Part shown: positions 17,439 to 24,774 of the stretch, piece after piece | Numbering within the stretch: position 1 is the first letter of the stretch | Layout: every line of letters starts with the position of its first letter | From: a virus | Lineage: Duplodnaviria; Caudoviricetes | Virus record (IMG/VR): IMGVR_UViG_3300030376_003152 | Location: 1-28,996 of that record | Length of the DNA stretch: 28,996 nucleotides | Reading direction: 5' to 3' (one strand) | Notes under the pieces: model-generated | Told to the model about the DNA's origin: nothing | Database searches by the model: none | What the model saw: the letters and a program-made list of their open reading frames with translations, nothing else | Program-made: the position numbers and the translations under genes

Positions 17439-17723
17439 TCACTCTGAATTATATTTTCTGTCTTCAATTTGGGTATATGGTTTACTATTATTTTGTTCGA
17501 CTATTCCAAACTCATAACTACTTGTGTTACCACACTTAGGACAGGTATGCCGATAAAACAAAGCAAAACCATCAGGACTTTTATCGGTACTTTGAAGCAT
17601 AGTAGGAAACTGTTCGTTCCATTCTTTACTATCATCACTTTCATAACCACAATGATGACACATGAAAACTGTGCCTTTATTCGAATCACCAAAACTTTTT
17701 CGTACTATATCTTGCCAACTCAT
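17439..17723 (-). CDS. Zinc-ribbon protein with MSWQDIVRK leader
   Basis: FMCHHCGY...TCPKCG. Confidence 0.75.
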   Translation of the reverse strand: MSWQDIVRKSFGDSNKGTVFMCHHCGYESDDSKEWNEQFPTMLQSTDKSPDGFALFYRHTCPKCGNTSSYEFGIVEQNNSKPYTQIEDRKYNSE

Positions 17724-18049
17724 TCTAAATCACCTTTCTTTTTTGGATAAACCACTGTTCTTAATTGATTGTAAAGAGTCTCGTAACCCTTCCTTAGTTT
17801 AGATGCGGTGGCTACTAAGTCTAAGTTACTTTCGTCATATTTCTCTAATTTCTTTCTTAATACCTTATCAGACTTAACTAAATCTAATGACTTCATCTCT
17901 GAAATTAAATCAGTCAACTTAGTTACTTCTTGGCCCATGAACTCTGTTGGTTCAGCAGCCTGTAATAGTTTTTTGATTCTCTTTTTTTGTTTAGGTTCTA
18001 ACTTAGCAACAAGACCTCTATCTTCTTTAACTACTTCAAACCAATCCAT
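17720..18049 (-). CDS. Helical hypothetical protein with MDWFEVVK leader
   Basis: 109 aa; internal LVKS site; SD GGTGA. Confidence 0.7.
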   Translation of the reverse strand: MDWFEVVKEDRGLVAKLEPKQKKRIKKLLQAAEPTEFMGQEVTKLTDLISEMKSLDLVKSDKVLRKKLEKYDESNLDLVATASKLRKGYETLYNQLRTVVYPKKKGDLE

Positions 18050-18052
18050 TTC

Positions 18053-19243
18053 TTATTCACCTAACCTTTTTCTTACATTTGATTTACCAAGAAAATTTTC
18101 CCCTGCACTTTCAAGTTCAGGAAATTCTCTCTCTAAATCAATATCTCTAGGCTCATCTATATCTATTAAAGGTTCTTCAATATTAGGACTTGCCATATAG
18201 TCTCCACGTAATTTTAATATTGCTATAATAAATTCAATAACATCTAGATACTTTTCAACTTCTTTTAATTCACTTTGAGAAGGTTGTCTCAAATGTGGTT
18301 CTAACTTATCTTGTAGTTCATCTGCTTCATTTGCTATATCAATTAATACACTTTCTAATTTATCTACAGGGCTTCTAAATAATAATTTTTCATCTTCTTC
18401 AGTATATTCTTCTGCCTTTTTATGAAGTATAGTCATTAGTTCTTCTGTTAATGTTTCAAAATCTAATTTAAAATGTTCTAATAATGAGCCTCTACTACTA
18501 AATATTTCCTTTCTAGAAAGGGCTTTGATACCTAATCCTTCTACTATTTCGTTAAATAATTCTTTACTATTTTTACCACTATATTCTTTGTAGGCAATCT
18601 GACCATCTATTATCCAATCTTCTTCTGAATCATCCCACTTAGCAGAGGTATCTTCTAATAAAACTGAATGTAACTGACTTACAGGTTTTCCATCTAAAAA
18701 GAAACTTATTATTTTATTTATATCAACTTTCTTAAATTTCTTTTTAAACTCTTGTACATCTTCATCTTCTACCCTAAAACCGTTTTTGGCTACTATTGTA
18801 AAAACACTTTCTAAAAGACTAGATACTTCTGTTTTCCTTGTTTCAGAACGCTGAGGTTTTACCTTTTTACTTCCTATTTTTGTATCTTTACCAAACAAGG
18901 CCAACCTGTATAATACATCTTTTATTTTATCAAGTTCATCTACATCATCTTGAGTTAGAGTTTTCTTATCCATTACATTTCCTAAATTTAAATTATTAAC
19001 AATCTCTCTTATGATTCTTGGAAACATTGTCTTTGATTCATTCATATCTGTAAATTTATAGGTTAATGGATTAGTGTTCCCTTCTATACCTTTTATTTTG
19101 GCAGAAATAAATTCCTTTAACTTATCTCTCTCAAAATAATCATATGTTTCATTAATTTCTTTTTCTGATACTCTGAGTTTTTTTGCTTCTTCATATAAAA
19201 TAGGGTCAATTTCTCTCGCCTTTAGTATATTCATGAAACTCAT
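18053..19243 (-). CDS. Hypothetical protein, 396 aa, MSFMNILKA leader
   Basis: Long K/E-rich ORF; SD AGGTGA. Confidence 0.7.
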   Translation of the reverse strand: MSFMNILKAREIDPILYEEAKKLRVSEKEINETYDYFERDKLKEFISAKIKGIEGNTNPLTYKFTDMNESKTMFPRIIREIVNNLNLGNVMDKKTLTQDDVDELDKIKDVLYRLALFGKDTKIGSKKVKPQRSETRKTEVSSLLESVFTIVAKNGFRVEDEDVQEFKKKFKKVDINKIISFFLDGKPVSQLHSVLLEDTSAKWDDSEEDWIIDGQIAYKEYSGKNSKELFNEIVEGLGIKALSRKEIFSSRGSLLEHFKLDFETLTEELMTILHKKAEEYTEEDEKLLFRSPVDKLESVLIDIANEADELQDKLEPHLRQPSQSELKEVEKYLDVIEFIIAILKLRGDYMASPNIEEPLIDIDEPRDIDLEREFPELESAGENFLGKSNVRKRLGE

Positions 19244-19252
19244 ACTCTCACC

Positions 19253-19486
19253 TTAAAATGGTATATTTTCACTTTGATTCTTTCTTTTCTTTGGTAAAAG
19301 TATTGCATTTGGAACTTCTGCACTATTAGGAGCAGGTCTATGGTTTTCAATTGGTTTAGCAACACCAACTGTAAAATCTCTATTCTTTTCTATTCTTCCA
19401 TCTGCGATACTTTTCTCACGTATTCTTGCTTCTTTTAATTCTCTTTCTAATTGTCTTACACCTTTATCTTCACTCATTTTCTTCAC
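19253..19486 (-). CDS. Hypothetical protein (77 aa)
   Basis: Co-oriented, tight packing; real start may be the internal MSEDK following GGTGA. Confidence 0.6.
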   Translation of the reverse strand: MKKMSEDKGVRQLERELKEARIREKSIADGRIEKNRDFTVGVAKPIENHRPAPNSAEVPNAILLPKKRKNQSENIPF

Positions 19487-19488
19487 CT

Positions 19489-19758
19489 TTATATGTTTTG
19501 AGACATTCTTTCTTGCTCTTCTTGTAATCTCTTTTGTTCTTCTTGTAATTTCTTTTGTTCTTGTAGGGCTTGCTTTTGTTGTTCTATTTTTTCTTTCATC
19601 TTACCCGCAGCAAAATTCCCTGCTGCACCTATAGCCTTTTTTCCCATTGGCGTTTTAGCAGCAGCCAAACCTGCCCTTCCTGCTACTGCTAAAGCAGGTA
19701 AAATCTTCTCTACTTCTTCTGTTTTTAAAGTATTAAACCACTCATCTTTTTCTACCAT
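19489..19758 (-). CDS. Hypothetical protein with EWFNTLK leader, Ala/Gly-rich segment and Q/E coiled coil
   Basis: 89 aa; SD AGGTGA. Confidence 0.65.
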   Translation of the reverse strand: MVEKDEWFNTLKTEEVEKILPALAVAGRAGLAAAKTPMGKKAIGAAGNFAAGKMKEKIEQQKQALQEQKKLQEEQKRLQEEQERMSQNI

Positions 19759-19766
19759 ATCATCAC

Positions 19767-21392
19767 CTATTCTGTTCTTCTATCTACATTCCTATTTCCT
19801 GCTTCAGCAGGTAGTCCACTAAACCGCTTATCAGGGCCGACACTATTGCGAGCCTTATTCTTTGTGGGGTTTGGATTCATTTGTGGAGTAGATTCACCCA
19901 TACCTGCTTCCATCATTTGACCCATTTGACTAGCATCAATATTAGTTCCTGCGTAAGGGTCTGTTTCAACCATCTCTTCTTCCATTGGCCCTTGTTCTGT
20001 AGGAGGTGGTGGGGGTTTAACAAATGTAAATCTACCTTCATCATCCATATTAACTTCAAATCCTAAATTCTTTATAGAAGCAGCAACATTAACTTCAATT
20101 TCTCTCTTTCGTAATTTAGCAATTTCATCTTCTTCTTCTGATGGTGGCAATTTTAATTCCCAATCTGTAATACCAAACTCCTTTGTTACGAATGGGAAAA
20201 CATAATTATTCCAAATTGTTTGAGCCATTTCTACGGCTCTATTGGTTACAAGTATTTGCATACCCTCATTATTTAATCCACCACTTGCAGAATTATCAGA
20301 CATAAATATTTTACTTACTCCATAGAAAGCAGATATTCTATCACGTAAATCTTCTTTGACTTGTATATAATCCATCTCTTTTAGACTATCCATAAATTTA
20401 ACCCACTCAATAGAACCTTTACCATTTTCAGATTCAATTCCCATAACAGGAATAAAGTGTGGGTCTGTTTCCATTTTTTCTTTTACACTTCTCCAAAAAG
20501 ATTTCATAGAATCCATGTTTCTAGTTTGTACTGCTAACAAACCTTTTGGCATTCTAGCCTTTGTGTAAGAAGAATTTACATAATTTTCCATTGCAGTTAA
20601 AGTAGTAACTTGATTCCATAATGTAATTATTGGAGACATACCATATAATCTAGAAGGTGAATATTTACTAAAATGCAAAACCTCTCCCTTAACAAAATAT
20701 TGTTCTTCACCGTTTACTCTATTTACATAATGTACAGGATGTAATTCAGAATTACACATTTCACATATTCCACTAGAAGAAGTATCTAACATAGTTCTGT
20801 GTTTCAAACATGTGTAACCATCTATCCCCCTTTCACCTAATTCATTAGAATAAATGTGCATTGTTACGGGGTCTCCACGATATACTTCTTTTATTCTATG
20901 CATTTGAATATCTCCATTATTATCCATAAAATATTCTTTAACCATTACAAGGTAAGCATCATCCATAATATTTAGGTCATCTTCCATTTCTTTTAGAACA
21001 TCAATAAACATTTGTTCTGACTTATTTACATATCCACCTAATAACTTTTTAGCATATTCTAATTGGGCTTCATCAGCCTTTACTAAATTTAAAGATTCAC
21101 AATTACTACATTTAGATACAGGGGTTTTATGTTCTTTACCACAATCTGCACACTTTCTTAAAAATGATTCTTCCCATGTATATCCTCTTCTAAATACCTC
21201 TTGTTTTAATTGAGTAGTACATGTTCTCACAACTGTTGAATTAGTAGCAATTTGATAAATAATAGGAGATGTTAACAGATATGAAGTATTCTTTTCTTGA
21301 ATACCCATATTGTATACTTGTCTATCTGCGGGTTTAGGTGTAGTTCTTCTAAATAGATTTCTAATACTAAAGGTGCGTTGTTCTTCTACCAT
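19767..21392 (-). CDS. Portal protein with two inserted zinc-binding motifs
   Basis: 541 aa downstream of terminase; portal motifs EVLHFSKYSPSRLYGMSPI, RMPKGLL, RDRISAFYGVSKIF; CADC..CSNC and CLKH..CEMC insertions. Confidence 0.85.
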   Translation of the reverse strand: MVEEQRTFSIRNLFRRTTPKPADRQVYNMGIQEKNTSYLLTSPIIYQIATNSTVVRTCTTQLKQEVFRRGYTWEESFLRKCADCGKEHKTPVSKCSNCESLNLVKADEAQLEYAKKLLGGYVNKSEQMFIDVLKEMEDDLNIMDDAYLVMVKEYFMDNNGDIQMHRIKEVYRGDPVTMHIYSNELGERGIDGYTCLKHRTMLDTSSSGICEMCNSELHPVHYVNRVNGEEQYFVKGEVLHFSKYSPSRLYGMSPIITLWNQVTTLTAMENYVNSSYTKARMPKGLLAVQTRNMDSMKSFWRSVKEKMETDPHFIPVMGIESENGKGSIEWVKFMDSLKEMDYIQVKEDLRDRISAFYGVSKIFMSDNSASGGLNNEGMQILVTNRAVEMAQTIWNNYVFPFVTKEFGITDWELKLPPSEEEDEIAKLRKREIEVNVAASIKNLGFEVNMDDEGRFTFVKPPPPPTEQGPMEEEMVETDPYAGTNIDASQMGQMMEAGMGESTPQMNPNPTKNKARNSVGPDKRFSGLPAEAGNRNVDRRTE

Positions 21393-21396
21393 GTGT

Positions 21397-22755
21397 TCAT
21401 TCCTCCTTATTTATTGTTTTGTGTGTTTTCTGTATATTTTCGTAATCTAACTTATCCATTAAAGTCATTTTACATTTATCGTGTAATTTTGCAACAGTTG
21501 TAGGGTCTATACCATATTGTGAAAAATCATATCCAACATGGTCTTTGTGATTTTCATATTTCATTAATTGGAAAAGTTCATCCTTTCTTTCTTTATACCA
21601 ATCAGTTTTTTTATATGATTTCTTCATACGAATTAGTTCTAATAAAATATCTGCATTAGCCCCCTTCATTCTAAAGTGTGGTCTACATTTAGTTAAAATA
21701 TTAACTACATCATCACCGGAATAAAAATTTAATCTATTAACGGGTCTTGTTGCTTGTGGAGATTTTTGGTCAAGATGAAGCCTACCACAACCTAAAGATT
21801 TATGCATTTCTAACATAAATGCTTTACCTCTTTCACCTGTAGCAATTAATCCAACTCTAGGATTATGGTTTTTATCCATCGTAATATAACCATCTGAGTC
21901 TATAAATGCAGCAGTATAAGCATAAATATCTTTTTTAATGTCATCGTGTATTTTATAAAAAGCACCATTAACATTAGTAATATTCATACTTTTAGCCATT
22001 TTAGATATTATGGATGGCGAAGTTTTCTTAAACAAATTTGAAGGCAATCGCTCATGTATTTGTCTTGATGATATACCATTTTCTTCACAAACTGCTTTAA
22101 GTATTTCTTGTTTAATAATATCTTTAGGGCTTACTCCTAACATATAGTCCTTTAGAGATTTCTTAAATGCTTTTTTATTAACCACCATTTGTTTAGATAA
22201 TTTTGCATATTCTTTGTTAAATGATAATCCTTGTCTATCTAATTTTGCTTCCCAATATTTACATAGACTATCTATCATATCTCTTCTAGCATTTTCTTCT
22301 GTTACATAAGATAATTTAATTAAAGTATCTTCATTGCAGGTCATTTCCTTCACGATTGGTTTGTATTTACTTATCCAATAAGCATTTTCTATTGTATTAT
22401 CTAAATGTTCTCCATATGCTTTAATTAAATTGTCAATAGATTCAGTTATTGCAATCTTTTCCTCACCCTTTAACGTTCTTCTATATTTTCTAAGTTGTTT
22501 AATTAAAGAAGGTACATCATTATCTTCTACTTGTAATTTTTTAACATTAGTTGTTAATTCCTTTCTTGCTTTAGATAATGATAATTGATATTCTGCGGCA
22601 AACCTTTTTTCAACATCAAAATGACTAGAAATTCTTTGCTCTTTTAGCCAAGTTTTTTTCATTTTATCTGTTAATTCTTTTTGTCTTTCTACTAACTCAT
22701 TTTCTTGGTCTGCGAGTTCAGCCGCTTGTCTAAGTTTGTCTCCTTTTTCACTCAT
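21397..22755 (-). CDS. LAGLIDADG endonuclease-domain protein with long helical N-terminus and wHTH-like segment
   Basis: YAYTAAFIDSDGYI motif, HKSLGCGRL, PHFRMK; upstream GISSRQIHERLP helix-turn-helix-like segment. Confidence 0.75.
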   Translation of the reverse strand: MSEKGDKLRQAAELADQENELVERQKELTDKMKKTWLKEQRISSHFDVEKRFAAEYQLSLSKARKELTTNVKKLQVEDNDVPSLIKQLRKYRRTLKGEEKIAITESIDNLIKAYGEHLDNTIENAYWISKYKPIVKEMTCNEDTLIKLSYVTEENARRDMIDSLCKYWEAKLDRQGLSFNKEYAKLSKQMVVNKKAFKKSLKDYMLGVSPKDIIKQEILKAVCEENGISSRQIHERLPSNLFKKTSPSIISKMAKSMNITNVNGAFYKIHDDIKKDIYAYTAAFIDSDGYITMDKNHNPRVGLIATGERGKAFMLEMHKSLGCGRLHLDQKSPQATRPVNRLNFYSGDDVVNILTKCRPHFRMKGANADILLELIRMKKSYKKTDWYKERKDELFQLMKYENHKDHVGYDFSQYGIDPTTVAKLHDKCKMTLMDKLDYENIQKTHKTINKEE

Positions 22756-22766
22756 TCAAACACACC

Positions 22767-24203
22767 TCAAAGATTCAACCCTGTAACTCCACTCGCCATT
22801 AAGTTAACAGGCTTTTGGGTCGAATTGAATATATCCATGTCATCTAACAAGATAAAGGTTTCATTCGCCGACTGTGTTGCAGCGTTGGCTAATGCTAAAC
22901 TCATCACTAAATCGTCATGTGCACCAACACCCTCAAACCTACCCGAATCGGTAATACTAAACATTGATAATTCTTCTATCAACATGTTAGTTATTTTCTT
23001 ACTATTATTATCCCCATAAGGAAAATGTAACTTACCATTTTCTATATTCATTTGTAAATTTAAAATAATTTCTTGTTTCTTTCTTCTAGTGGTATTAAAG
23101 TCGTGTACATTTAAATCAGATACGTTTCTTAGTTCTTGAGTAAATGCCTTAGCAAAGGTGTTGGTCTCATAAAATATTTTATCCGGTTGAAATATTTTAC
23201 CAACAATGCGAATTTTTTCAATGTTTTCTCTAAATTCTACATTCTTGGCTCTGTCAATATGTACAATAGTTTTATTTTGATTTTCATCTACTTCTAATAC
23301 TGTAATTACATTGTAATCCCCATCAGTCGAAATAGCAGGGTCAACACCCACATAATATCTGTATCCTTTTTCTCTTCTATTTCCTAACTTTAAAATATAA
23401 TCTTTATTTTTACATTTTTCAATATAATCAGGATTAAATAAAGCAGTACCCGTAGATATAGGAACACACAAATATTCTCTTGTAAATTTTAAAGACCCGA
23501 TTTCAGTTTTTCTTTGCATAAGTGCTTCATAATCCCACCTTGCGGGCCAAAGTGGTTCATTTAATGAATTTAAACAAGGGTATTTATTAACAGTATATGC
23601 TTCATTTTCTTCTAATTGAGCAAATATATCTGTGTAAGTAAAAGGCGTTCCAATCATTCTAAGTTTAGAAGTATGGTGAAGTGTTGGTATCATGTCTCCA
23701 AAGAACCAATCAGTAACACGTTGAATTGCTGATAGGCTAAACTCCTTCAAGGGGTCATCAATAATTATTTCTTGAGGATGAAGTCCTCTAATCTGAGAAC
23801 CAACGGAACGTTCCAATATTTGATTTCCATTAGTTAACTGAATGTTTCCAATAGCCCAACCCCTAGTAGGTTTAAATTTCTTAAGTGCAGGGTGGTTAAA
23901 ATATCTATCAATTTCTCTCATATGAACAAGAGTCTGCTTTTGGTTAGATGAAATGTATAACATCTGATATGGAGGCTCTTGAAAAACTAAATTCCAAACA
24001 ACCCAACTATGCATGAATACAGATTTACCATGTCCTCTAGAACATATGATTACACTTCTTTGTGTTTCACCAAGTAATTGAAGCCACTCTTCTTGATGGT
24101 CAGCAAAATCCCACCCTAATACATTTTTAAAAAAATAAGGAAAAGAATTTTTAGATAGTTCCATGTCCATATCAGACATAAAATCTATATTACCAAACTC
24201 CAT
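22767..24203 (-). CDS. terL: Terminase large subunit
   Basis: Q-motif DHQ, Walker A CSRGHGKS, Walker B IIIDD, IGTP coupling motif, nuclease GVDPA and HDDLVMSLA. Confidence 0.95.
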   Translation of the reverse strand: MEFGNIDFMSDMDMELSKNSFPYFFKNVLGWDFADHQEEWLQLLGETQRSVIICSRGHGKSVFMHSWVVWNLVFQEPPYQMLYISSNQKQTLVHMREIDRYFNHPALKKFKPTRGWAIGNIQLTNGNQILERSVGSQIRGLHPQEIIIDDPLKEFSLSAIQRVTDWFFGDMIPTLHHTSKLRMIGTPFTYTDIFAQLEENEAYTVNKYPCLNSLNEPLWPARWDYEALMQRKTEIGSLKFTREYLCVPISTGTALFNPDYIEKCKNKDYILKLGNRREKGYRYYVGVDPAISTDGDYNVITVLEVDENQNKTIVHIDRAKNVEFRENIEKIRIVGKIFQPDKIFYETNTFAKAFTQELRNVSDLNVHDFNTTRRKKQEIILNLQMNIENGKLHFPYGDNNSKKITNMLIEELSMFSITDSGRFEGVGAHDDLVMSLALANAATQSANETFILLDDMDIFNSTQKPVNLMASGVTGLNL

Positions 24204-24204
24204 T

Positions 24205-24774
24205 TTATTTCCTCTGCATAATATAGAACCAATTAGATATAGGTTTAAAATACAGTTTTCTTATAGGAGCAACTTCACTAGGAATAACTCCCTTAGAATA
24301 TACTAATTCTATTACATCTTTTACATCTTGAGGAATATCTTCTTGACCTACTACATTACCATTTTCTATTTCTATATCTCTAAAACCAACTTTAGAAAAT
24401 ACTTTTTTTCCGGCAGGTTTAGCCATACCAACTATGGGTTTATCCCCATGTAATTCTATAACTTTGTTACTAACTACTGTTCCTGCACCTCTTGTATCGC
24501 TTGAATCTAATTTACCCGCATAATCAGAACCATGACTAACTAAGCCCAATAATAAATATACACCATTATGTAAACCAATTCCTTGTACTGCAATAGGTTT
24601 ATCTTTACTAAAGGATATCCAATACCCACCATTAGTTTTTTCAAACATTGTATTGTTTAGAAGTTTATATCTTTCATTTCTTGTCTTATATTGTATACCT
24701 TCTTTAGCAAAAAGTTCTACAACTTCCTTTTCACGGAACGGCCCTTTTACTTCAAATTCCGCCACTAATATCAC
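24205..24774 (-). CDS. Putative GNAT-fold acetyltransferase
   Basis: Motif A-like DTRGAGT and motif B-like AGKKVFSKVGF with preceding beta strands (PIAVQGIG, VYLLLGLVS). Confidence 0.5.
   Translation of the reverse strand: MILVAEFEVKGPFREKEVVELFAKEGIQYKTRNERYKLLNNTMFEKTNGGYWISFSKDKPIAVQGIGLHNGVYLLLGLVSHGSDYAGKLDSSDTRGAGTVVSNKVIELHGDKPIVGMAKPAGKKVFSKVGFRDIEIENGNVVGQEDIPQDVKDVIELVYSKGVIPSEVAPIRKLYFKPISNWFYIMQRK

Larger units (their letters stand above)
16727..17733. repeat. Four dispersed ~22-bp direct repeats spanning SD and first codons (minus strand GTGATTTAGAATGAGTTGGCAA)
   Basis: Copies at 16727-16748 and 17712-17733 (identical), 17422-17442 and 17135-17156 (variant spacers). Confidence 0.85.

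Noticed and set aside
17501-17692. Hydrophobic 63-aa alternative-frame ORF
   Set aside because: Nested in the zinc-ribbon gene, which has the leader, SD and CxxC motifs
16727-17733. Repeats as a CRISPR array
   Set aside because: Spacing is about 290-410 bp and each interval is a whole gene; no cas genes
21397-24203. LAGLIDADG as part of an intein or intron splitting terminase/portal
   Set aside because: Terminase and portal appear complete; no intein C/S...HN termini; the ORF has its own start and stop
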